64,000 bases of DNA from the human T2T-CHM13v2.0 reference genome, Homo sapiens, in the NCBI RefSeq assembly GCF_009914755.1, contig NC_060925.1; one strand, 5' to 3'. How positions within the stretch are numbered: position 1 is the first letter of the stretch; every line of letters begins with the position of its first letter. Of the stretch, positions 51,473 to 64,000 are shown piece after piece. Under the pieces are notes generated by a model. The model saw only the letters and a program-made list of their open reading frames with translations. It had not been told where the DNA came from and ran no database searches. A program made the translations under genes and the position numbers.

Positions 51473-51738
51473 TACTCAGGTTTGAAAGCAACTTGCCCCA
51501 AGTCATATAATTCTAAGTGGCAAAGTTGAGATTTGAACCCAAATCTGCCCAATTCTAAAGTCCATGCTGCTTGCTTTCTTTAATTTTTTTTCCTTCTTTT
51601 AGGTGTTTCTCATAGTCTCCCCTTACTTTATGTTTAAATATGCAATCGTATGTGATAATTCTTCTGTAATCAAACAGTATAGAAATAATTAATGCAAAAA
51701 TTACCCGTTCCCCAATTCCACTCCCCAGAAGTAAGCAA

Positions 51739-51739
<1 letters not shown>

Positions 51740-51781
<42 letters not shown>
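51740..51781 (+). repeat. (CA)n microsatellite
   Basis: Direct reading. Confidence 0.97.
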
Positions 51782-51792
<11 letters not shown>

Positions 51793-52370
51793 TTTCTGAA
51801 AAGATTATCTTAATTTATATTCACTCAGTGGTGTATAAAAATTCCTTTCTCCCTGACATTACCAATATTGAATGTTCTTTTCCTATTCTGTTGTCCATTT
51901 GATAGTTGAAAGAATGCTCTCTTTGCTTTAATTGCATCAAATTATGAGTGAGATTGAATGTCTCAAAATCAAAACTCTTTTCCCTATAAACTATTTCAGC
52001 CAAATCTGTAGTAATCCCAGGATGGTGGTGATTAAAAATAAAAGTCCAGGTAAGTACAATGTGGATATTCCATTTGTCATCCTTATCCTTCCTTATATAT
52101 CCCCAGAAAGTAAAATAACTTCTAGTTAGTTAACTATAACATTTAATATGTCACAATTCAATTGAGGAGATGCCTAATGTGTTTTAGATTTTTAGTGGTA
52201 TGTATTATTGCCAGGTGTCTCATTTATGTAAATACATATTTTCAGGATTCTGCAGGAAAAAGTCACGAAAGAAAACAAGTACTCAGTGCATTCATTAGTT
52301 CCATCAGTGTTAGGTGGTTTCCACGTGCCAGGCATGGTGATGGGACTTGATTTCAGAAACCAACAAGACA

Positions 52371-52641
52371 CACTTTGGAAGGCTGAGGCAGGCAGATCAC
52401 TTGACGTCAGGAGTTCGAGACCAGCCTTGCCAACACAGCAAAACCCCATCTACTAAAAATACAAAAATTAGCCCGTGTGGTGGCATGCACCTGTAGTCCC
52501 AGCTACTCAGGAGGCTGAGGCACAAGAATCACTTGAACCCGGGAGGCGAAGGTTGCAGTGAGCGGAGGTCGTGCCACTGCACTGCAGCCTTGGCGATAGA
52601 GTGAGACTGTCTGCCCCACCAAAAAAAAAAAAAAAAAAAAA
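52371..52641 (+). mobile_element. 5'-truncated AluS
   Basis: Starts cactttgg; poly(A). Confidence 0.9.
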
Positions 52642-53465
52642 TTCATTTATTAAATTTTAAAGAAACATTTTTTATTAAATAAAAAAATAAATAAAAGAAA
52701 TCAACAAGATAAACCCAGTCTCTTATCTCAAACAGTTTAGTCATATACAAAAAACAGTCAACTGACTCAGTGAGAAAGCTTGGGCTGGAGGTAACAGAAT
52801 GGCTAACTCAAACCGGTTGAAGCAAAAGGAAATGTATTAGCTCTCACAGAAGGTGGTTAAGGATAAGGCTGGGCTCCAAGTTTGCTCAATCCAGTGACCT
52901 AGTTTTGCCAGCAGAGAACCAGTTCTTTCTATGTCTACATTTGCTTTGTAACCCACAGGGTCAGCCTTATCCTAAGGCTGGTTCCCTCATTGTCATGGGA
53001 CGGTCGTCCATGGAAACTTGGGCTCATGCTCTCTTGTTAATTTGGGAGGTATAGGGACTTCTTGCAGCTCTCTTAAGACTAAAGAAGAACTTTTCCACAC
53101 ATCTCCAGCAAACCTCTCCTTATATTTCATTGGCCAGAACTGACAAAATCTATTCCTGATCTGCCCATTCTGGACAAAATCACTGGGAAAAGAAAAAGAC
53201 TATCCTAGGCAATCAGGCCTACACCTGAAACAGGGTGGGGACCAGCTTTCCCTAAGGCCTATCTGTGAGCAGCAGAGATAGATACCTGAAACAACAACAA
53301 CAAAACAGTCTTCTGCTAGAAAGAAAGAAACAGAAAATACTTCCTCAGAGGAAACAATATCCACCACAACCATATGATGAGCAAATGACATTGAGTATCT
53401 GTACAATTCGAGGGAGTGTAAGTGAAGAATGACATCTTTGCCATTTTCTTTTTAACGTTCCATAG

Positions 53466-53558
53466 GATCAGAGCGGCACCGAACCTATTAGTAGTGAGGA
53501 AGATGGCAGCCTCGAAGTTGGTATTAAACAATTGCCTGAAAGTGAAAGCTTCAAACTG
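53466..53558 (+). CDS. PATJ: PATJ internal coding exon, 93 nt ([31 protein letters not shown])
   Basis: Acceptor ttttctttttaacgttccatag|GAT and donor AAACTG|gtgaga. It is a symmetric phase 0/0 exon that continues the PATJ linker. Confidence 0.95.
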
Positions 53559-53793
53559 GTGAGAATCTTGAGTATTTTTCATCCTGTATTCTGTTTAGGG
53601 ATGTATCACTTATATTTTGTACCACCTTGGAAAGAACCACCTATCATGTTTGCTTCTCTCAGGAATCTTCGTCTGTGAGACAAGAAGCTATTATATGTAG
53701 TGAGTGACCCATTGACTCTGAAGAAGAGCATCTTCTCTTACCTTGGCAACACTTGAATTGTGCTGTCTGGGATTAAGGAAGCAATCTCTCCTC

Positions 53794-54127
<334 letters not shown>

Positions 54128-54926
54128 GCAATTTATCCTTTATATCTGGTTTAATATTGGATTTTTATAAGGCCAGAGCTGTGCTTAATTAGTCCTGGAG
54201 GCACAAGAAAAAATGTTAAATTTATTCCATTGATTCCAAGCAAAAGATACTTAAACTTATCCAGGGGCTAGGGCATTAGAAGAGAGGCAGTTTTAGAGAA
54301 CTCTTTCTCCTTATGTACCCTAATGTTTGATATTTTGTTATTTAATAGTTATTGAACATTTGTTGCATATCAGACACTGTGCTGTGTTCTGCATGCATTT
54401 CCTGTTCTTTGATTTTCCTACACGTGAGGAAACTGAGAGTTAGAGAAGTTAACTAACTTGCCAAAGGCCCCCAGCCAGTATGTGGTAGGCTGGGAGATGG
54501 CTGCCCTACCCTCTGACTCCCATGCCTTGGTTCATCATCTGCTTTTCTGTTTTGTAGCCCAGCACTTCCAGGGTTAGACTACAAATTCTAGAAGAAATGT
54601 AGGCTTTTTTCCCCTCTGTGTTTAAAAATGTCCTACAAATCTCAAAGAATTAATCACTTAGGAGTGTCATCTAACTCTGATTTTATGACAGCCCAGAGTT
54701 GTTCATTTTACTTCAGGGCATTTGAGAAATCATCCATTTATCCTCTCTCGGGTTTTGGAAAATATATCTTGCGACTGCCACAGATTGCATATCCTAGAAA
54801 GTGAGCTTATTCTGGCTGAAGGGAAAGAATGTTTCAGCAAGAGTGGAAATTGTAATGGGCCACTCATGAATAAACCCTACATGGGACCTGAGACCCCTGG
54901 CATTAAGAGTAGTAGCAGTTTATTTA

Positions 54927-55266
<340 letters not shown>

Positions 55267-55938
55267 AATAATGGCAGTAAAAAATTATGATTTCCCTTTC
55301 CAAAAGGTAGAGTGCATTTTTGCACTAAAGGGAAATGAGGAACAGCAACAAATTTCAAACCGAAAGCCCCTTTACTTAAAAATATGTTAACTTGTTCTGT
55401 TTGGCACTATATCTCCATAGTCAGGTTAGGGGAAAGTCTTTTAAAGCAACAGAATTTTGTAGGTAGGCATCCCCAATTTCATCCACAGAGGAAATGGTAA
55501 AAAGAGTGAGAATACTCTCTTGCTTGCTGGAAGAATCTGGTAGTCCCAGCCAGGCTCATGTGCAGGCCAAAGGTAAAAGCCATCCATCATCCACTCCCAG
55601 TTCCCAAGTAAGCAACACCAGTGACAGGGCTGCAGGTGTCAAGACAGTTGAAGAGGCAGAGGGCCTGGAGGCCTGAGGGTCATTTTTAGATAATGTTTCA
55701 TACTGCACTTCACCAACAATTGAAGGCTTTCCCATACCCATTGACTAGTGTCTGTCTTTTTCCACTCTGTTCCCTTCCTTACCCACCATCTGTCCTTTTG
55801 GTTCTGGAGTTTCTTAATCACTGTTTGCAGTAGAATCTCTGCATGTTCTAGTTCAGAAAGGAAAGATAGCCTGAATTTGGACAACTTTTATAGCATAAAT
55901 ATAAATGGCCTGGCATAAAGTATTATTTAAGAGTGTCT

Positions 55939-56254
<316 letters not shown>

Positions 56255-56529
56255 TCACCAAACCTCAGTTTCCTCAGCTGAGGAATGACGGTAATTAGGA
56301 TGCTATTAGGAAACAAAGGGGCTATAAAATATAAATCACACAGAAGAATATAGGGCAAATAGAGCTTAGTAAATTCATTTCATTCATTCAACAAATATTT
56401 GCCAAATACCACTATGTTCCAGGTACTGAAGATACCGCAGTGAACAAAATGTACAAAAATGCCTTCCCTCATGGACTCATTCCACAGTTGGAGGGGGAAG
56501 GAAGATAGACAGTACATCAATTAGCAAAA

Positions 56530-56595
56530 TGTTGGATTGAATCATATGAAATTGCCATTTTGGTAGGTAAAAATTTCATATGGTTCAACCTAACA
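56530..56595. mobile_element. MADE2-like mariner MITE (palindromic)
   Basis: 24-bp inverted arms tgttggattgaatcatatgaaatt / aatttcatatggttcaacctaaca. Confidence 0.8.
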
Positions 56596-56647
56596 TATAC
56601 ATAAATGTCATTGTCTTGTAATGAAGTATTAATTCAAGACAAGCCTA

Positions 56648-56876
56648 GTTCCAGACCAGCCTAGGCAACATTGTGGGCCCCATTTTTATTTAAAAAAAAA
56701 AAAAAAGAAGAAATTAGCTGAGTGTGGTGACAAGCACCTGTAGTCTCAGCTACTCAAGAGGCTGAAGTGGGAGGATTACTTGGACCTGGGAGGTTGAGGT
56801 GGCAGTAAGCTGTGATTGTGCCACTGCACTCCAGCCTGGGTGACAGAGTGAAACCCTGTGTCCAAAAAAAAAAAAG
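56648..56876 (+). mobile_element. 5'-truncated AluJ
   Basis: Partial left arm plus right arm. Confidence 0.85.
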
Positions 56877-57276
56877 TTATTTTCAGAGCTGAGGCTAAGC
56901 CGTGGCCTATGCATACTCCAGTGCTATTTTCAGTATATTCAGTTGGTTGGCTTTGGACTGTGTCTCAGTAGCCCTAGATGCATAGCCAAGGAGTTTATAA
57001 TAATTTCAGAAGGTATTCCATTTCTTTAAAATATTTTTAAAGGGGGAAATAACTTTTTTGTAGATCAGTTGATGGTTTGTGAAACATAGATTCTGATTGT
57101 GAGAGACTGGAGGCAGGGAAGTGTCTGGTATCTATTTCAGAAGTCTAGATGAGAGCCTGTTAGAAGCCTTTTGAAAAGAACTTGAATGAAAGTACTTGCA
57201 CAGAGCTTTCCAATTTGCAAAACAGTTTCATCTATAATCTCATTGGCTTAATTTTTTTAATATTTAAGTTTTTTCG

Positions 57277-57663
<387 letters not shown>

Positions 57664-58253
57664 TTATCCCAGATTTATAGATGAGACTTTATCTGCTCAG
57701 TGTAAGATCAAAAAACTGGAAATTGGGAGAAGTGGAACTCATTCAGAAAGCCTCATGATGTCCTGGTAGCTTGCTGACATCGGAGCTCAAGATCCCTAAA
57801 ATAATTACTTTAATCTTTTGGGTATAAACTTGTGTGCTTATAATGTTCAGAATATCTATGTTCATATAATATGCTCTTTTGAAGTGGTATAATTAAATTA
57901 GTAAGAGTGCAATCACTGGAGCTAGACTACTTGGGTTCAAATCCTGGTTCCGCTATTCGCTAACAATTATAACCTTAGAGAAATGACTTAACCTCTCTGT
58001 GATTCAGTTTATGCCTCTGTAAAATGGGAGGAAAAATTAAATGAGTTGATAACAGTAAAGTACTACTTAATCCATACCAGAGTGCGCTGTAGTCACTGTC
58101 AAAGAGTGAATTGTTGTTAATGAGGATGATGCTGTCATTCTGATTAAAGCATTAAGGGGTAGCCATAGAAGGAACAACTATTCCAAGTGAAGCATTAAGA
58201 TATAACTTGAAAAATTGAAGTGACTTTTTCAACCTGAAAAGCACAATTACTAA

Positions 58254-58756
58254 TGTATTAGGGTTCTCCGAAGAGACAGAACCAATAGGATATATGGATA
58301 TCTGAGAAGGGATTTATTAAGGGAATCGTCTCACGTGTTATGGAGCCTGAGAGGTCCCACAATAGGCTGTCTGCAAACTGGAGAACCAGGGGAGCCAGGA
58401 GCAAATTCAGTTAAAGTGTGAAGACCTGAGAACCAGGGGGCTGCTGATAAAAGCTCTGCAGTCCAAAGGCTGGAGAACATGGAGTTCTGATGTCCAGGGG
58501 CAGGAGAAAATGGTGTCCCAGCTTCAGAAAAGAGCGAATTCACCTTTCCTCTGCCTTTTTGTTCTACCTGGCCCTCCGCCAATTGGATGGTGCCTTGCCC
58601 AAACTGGATGAGGGTAGGTCTTCCTTGCTTGGTCCACTGCTTCAAATGCCCATCATTTCTGGAAACACCCTTCCAGACACACCCAGAAATAGTGTTTTAC
58701 CAGCTAGCTAGATATCCCTTAATCCACTCAGATGGATACCTAAAGTTCACCATCAT
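58254..58756 (-). mobile_element. MLT2-family (ERVL) solo LTR
   Basis: tgtattagggttctcc...gacagaaccaatagg...cagacacacccagaaata. Confidence 0.8.
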
Positions 58757-58877
58757 AGTTAATATATTATTCTAAGCTCTTTAACACATGCTAACTTATT
58801 CACATAACAATAGTAGTTATATAGTAGTATCATTTCCATGTAAGAGATAAAGCACTGAAATGTTAAATAAATTGCCT

Positions 58878-59292
58878 TGGAGCCAAGCACAGTGGCTCCA
58901 GTTTGTAATCCCAGCTACTCAGGAGGCTGAAGTGGGAGGATTAATTGAGGCCAGGAGTTTGAGGCTGCAGTGAGCTATGACCACGCCCCTGCACCCCAGC
59001 CTGGGTGACAGAGTAAGACCTTATCTCAAAAAAAAAAGTTGTGGCCGAGGCTGGTGGATCACCTGAGGTCAGGACTTCGAGACCAACCTGGCCAACATGG
59101 CGAAACCCCGTTCCTATTAAAAATACAAAAATTGGCTGGGCGTGGTGTTGGATGCCTGTAATCCCAGCTACTTGGGAGGCTGAGGTAGGAGAATCACTTG
59201 AACCCCAGGGGCGGAGGTTGCAGTGAGCCAATATCACACCACTTTACTCCAGCCTGAGTGAAAGAGCAAAACTCCATCTCAAAAATAAAAAA
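58878..59292 (+). mobile_element. FLAM-like monomer (58878-59037) followed by a 5'-truncated AluS (59043-59292)
   Basis: Direct reading. Confidence 0.85.
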
Positions 59293-59333
59293 TCACCCAT
59301 TGAAGCCAGGGCTCAAATTGGAGGTTACTACAC

Positions 59334-59628
59334 TTTGTTTTTTTTAAGTCTCACTCTGTCACCTGGGCTGGAGTGCAGTGGCGCTTTCTCAGCTCCCTGC
59401 TCTGCAACCTCCACCTCTGGGGTTCAAGCAGTTCTCGTTCCTTAGCCACCTGAGTAGCTGGGAATACAGGCATGCGCCACCAGGCCCGGCTAATTTTTGT
59501 ACTTTTAGTTGAGACAGGGTTTCACCATGTTTGGCCAAGCTGGTCTGGAACTCCTGGCCTCAGGTGATCTCCCCACCTCAGCCTCCTAAAGTGCTGAGAT
59601 TACAGGCGTGAGCCACTGTGCTGGGCCT
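59334..59628 (-). mobile_element. AluS
   Basis: Antisense dimer. Confidence 0.9.
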
Positions 59629-61342
59629 GAAACCTCAACTCTAATCAAAGCTAAGAACTAGAGTTGCTTCGTGCTAAGAGAGCGTATGAAAGGGGATTTG
59701 ACCTTGAGAGGGAGGGCTACCCTGGGGATGAATTTGAAGGAGAAGCTGACAATAATTGGGAATGGGACAAAGAAGAAAACAAAGGAAGGTTTTAGGCAAC
59801 CTTAGAGCCTCTGAGAGTCTGATGAACTGAAAGTCTGTGGTTGCCAGATTGGTGAGATGGAAGCGAAATTGGAGTGATCAGCAGCAGCCAGGCCATGTTA
59901 AGCACTGTGATCTCCATGCTGATGGCAGTGGGAGGCCACAGAGGTCTGCAGGAGATGACTCCCAGTTCACTGTAGCCGCAGTGTGGCATCAGATAGAACA
60001 GGCCAGAGCGGACGCTGATGCCCTGGTTGAGAGTTGATTGCAGCACTGGCGGTCCATGAGAGATGGTGGAAACAATATATATTCTCATGTTTTGTCTTTG
60101 CAAAAATCATGTAAAATAAACATGCTTGACTCTTCAGCAAGGCAATGTATGGGTTTACTAGGTAAGTTTCACAGAGAGTTGTCAGTAAAATAATTGACGT
60201 TTCTTGCCCCCAGTATGTAAACCTTGTGTCTGTAAGTGTTCTTTAAAGCTTTCCTCTGAATGCAGGTTTAGAGCTATTTAAATGGCAAATGCCATAGCAT
60301 CCAGGGCTTCAGAACAACCATAATCCCAAAGCTTGGCCAGGAGCCCAAGAGAACTGTGTTAGAATTGCCCTGGACAGATGTGCTTACTGTACTTCCCTCA
60401 TTTTGTACAACTGCATAACAGCAGTGGGCTCTATATGTCAAGTGACACTTGTCATTACAGACCTGGTTTGTATACAGCTGCCTCAAGAACTCTTTAGATT
60501 TTTCAAAAATTTTCAGAATGTTATGATTTTTCAAATTTCCAGTGGTATTTGTCTTTACTGTTGTCTTTCATTGTGAAATATAATTTCTGACCCTTAGGGC
60601 AAGAATACAAAAATGAGAGTATTCCAGTCTACTCAGGGCAGCATTCTTCTTGGAGTTTCTTTGTGGAGATTTTAGAATTTACAGGATAGAAAGATGCCTG
60701 AGGAAGCATGAATTGTTTTCAGAGGTAACTTACCAGTAACCTAAATGAGCTGTGACATGGAAATGCACACTGCAGCTGACCGTGCATTTTACCATTTCAG
60801 AGTCCTTGTCAGCTAGAATACCAACATTTTAGAAGCATTCTTTACTCTCCACCTTGATGCATTTGATCCTTATAAAAAAATTAAACATATTTATTAAACA
60901 GCGTCACGTGTTACAAATAACACCTGTATTGCCAAATGGACTGGGAACACTTGCTTTTCCAGATGAAAAAGGCTGTCAGATACAAATCATAGGCTCTGAA
61001 GTCTGAACAGACTTAGATCCTGCCTGTGGGAAAGGGGCTTATCCTGTCTGCCTATTTTTCTTCATCCAAAAATTAGAGAAGATGGTGCTCACTTCTTTGT
61101 TATAAGGATCAAGTATGATTTTGTATGTGAAATTTCTGACACAGCACGTGGCATGCAGTAAGAGCTCAGTTATTGGTAGCTATCATTAATACCAGATTTT
61201 GCCTATATGAAATGTAGGTGTGCCAGAGCTCTCATTATTCAGTACACATTTTGTTAGAATCTGTGCAGCGTTTCGAGCTCTAGGCATGTGAAGATAAGTA
61301 AGACCGCTTTCATGTCCAGGAGTGTGCCACACTTGGTCTAAC

Positions 61343-61622
61343 GCAGAGGTCACAAGCTGGTTGTTAGGAGTCAGATTCAGCCCACAAATGTGTTTCATTT
61401 AGTCTATGCAACATTCTTAAGATTTTTGAGCTAAGTTTTATGAATCAGGAGATTTTCCATAAAAATCCAGGTTTCCATTTTCCACTGGAAATGGACCAGC
61501 ATTCCAAGCTGCCCTTCAATTATGTACTCCGAGTTTATCTCAGTACCTGCCTTTTCATTCTTCTCTAATGCAGCCTGCTTCCCTAATGGCATCACCTGTA
61601 GGTCCTCACGTCTGCATTCCTA
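61343..61622 (+). mobile_element. MER102-like hAT-Charlie element
   Basis: cagcccacaaatgtgtttc...aaaatccaggtttcc..., by recollection of the consensus. Confidence 0.5.
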
Positions 61623-61839
61623 GCCTAATCCTAGAGACAGAACTATGGACATGCAGATATAGTAGCAGGAAGTGAAAACCACCAAGTCAGCAGGGGTTGG
61701 CTGGCAGAGGGCCTTGTGGACCAGGAAAAAAGGACTTTATACCAAGGGAAGCCTTTGAAATGGTTTTCAACAGAGGATTATAAAGATGAGATTAACCTTT
61801 TGAAAAGATCCTTCTGGGTGCCCTTTGAAAAATCGGTTA

Positions 61840-62128
<289 letters not shown>

Positions 62129-62867
62129 AATTGGTTAGATACTTTGTCAATTTTCAATTTTGCAAAGAAAATTATATACATATAAAATATAAAGAATCAG
62201 TTAGAAAATGTCAAAACTGAAGTCAGGAAGAGAATTAAAAAGCTATTAGAGTAACTGAGATGAAAGTTAATAATGACTGAAACCAAGGATCTGGCCATTA
62301 GGACAGAGAAATATGGACAGATTTTCAACATATACAGGAGTCAGAATGGATGGGACTTGATGGTTACGTAGATATGAAAGTTGAAGAGGGAGGAGGCAAA
62401 AATGATTCTCAGATGCATCATGGGCAGCTGACTGGGTGGCTGGTTGATGCTATTTACTGAGAAAAGAAACAGGAGGAAGAGCAGATTTGTGTGGGAAGAG
62501 GATTACCTTCATTCTTGTCTGTTTTTAGATGTCTCTGTAAAACAAGAAACATATCTGTCACTATAATGGGCACTTTAAAATATGATCTCATTTATCCTGA
62601 TAGAAACAGCAATAATAATAGCAATACCATCCACCTGGATTCTATGCTTATTTGTTAGGAACTGAGCAGAAACTGTTGCTCTCCACCTCTGTCCTTCCCG
62701 TAATGAAAGCGTTAATACTGTCGTCATCTCCATTTTGCAGCTGAGGGACCAGAAGTTAATGCACGTGCTCAAAGACTTAGAGCCTGTGAGTGCTGTAGTA
62801 AGGATTCAGAGCCTTATGGATTTGACTGGGCTGACTTTTTTTATTTTTAATTTCAACTTTTATTTTA

Positions 62868-63492
62868 TTTTTTATTTATTTTTTGAGACAAGGTCTTGCT
62901 CTGTCACCCAGGCCAGAGTGTGGTGATGCAAACATAGCTTCATTGCAACCTCAAACTCCAGGGCTCAAGCAATCCTCCTGCCTCAGCCTCCCAAGTAGCT
63001 AGGACTACAGGCGCACAGTACCATACTTGGCTAATTTTTTTGTATTTTTTATAGAGATGGGTTTCGCCATGTTCAGTTCAGCAGTTCTACACTAACATAA
63101 CTTGATGGGTGAAAATAGGGTGGTGGTAGGTGGGAGGGAGTGAGGATCGTATTAGATAATGTAAGTAAATCTCTCTATAAACTGAAGAGTCCTGGAGACA
63201 GGGTCTTGCTCTGTTGCCCAAGCTGGAGTGCAGTGGTAAGATCATAGCTTACAGCAGCCTCGATCTCCTGGCCTCAAGCGGTCCTCCCACCTCAGCCTCC
63301 CAGAGTGTTGGGATTACAGGCATAAGCCACTGCACCAGACCTTTCAACTTTTATTTTATTTCTGTATTTTTAGTAGAGACAGGGTTTCACCACGTTGGCC
63401 AGGCTGGTCTCCAACTCCTGATCTCAGAGGGTTTACCCACCTTGGCCTCCCAAAGTGCTGGGATTACAGGAGTGAGCCACCACGCCCAGCCA
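62868..63492 (-). mobile_element. Composite Alu cluster: partial AluJ, about 120 bp non-Alu, FLAM-like monomer, Alu left arm
   Basis: Three copies of TTCAACTTTTATTTTA punctuate the cluster. Confidence 0.75.

Positions 63493-64000
<508 letters not shown>

Noticed and set aside
59792-60103. GC-richer stretch with overlapping ORFs resembling an exon
   Set aside because: It follows the pattern of decayed L2 sequence and does not translate to PATJ-like peptide.

Overview
This is primate (human-like) genomic DNA, almost entirely intronic and about half interspersed repeats. It carries three phase-compatible coding exons of PATJ/INADL on the + strand (20354-20445, 40473-40545, 53466-53558). They encode the end of a PDZ domain and the Ser/Pro-rich linker after it. 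The ORF track misses all three exons. An intron holds a sense-oriented LAMTOR5 (HBXIP) processed retrocopy with an open 89-codon frame, poly(A) signal, A-tail and TSD. The rest is about 50 Alus, L1/L2/MIR fragments, solo LTRs, DNA transposons and microsatellites. Nearly all ORFs in the track are Alu or L1 artefacts. The most notable observations are: (1) a 21-bp insertion at 15286-15306 with the hallmarks of an L1-retrotransposed, polyadenylated telomeric (TERRA-like) RNA; (2) a splice acceptor at the retrocopy junction that would fuse PATJ in frame to the whole LAMTOR5 retro-ORF as an alternative last exon; (3) a frame-closed 258-nt three-exon block bracketed by inverted Alus, a circRNA geometry; and (4) a complex L1 5' junction. 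Exon, TSD and motif coordinates were counted base by base. Repeat boundaries and subfamily names are by eye and from memory, so they are approximate.
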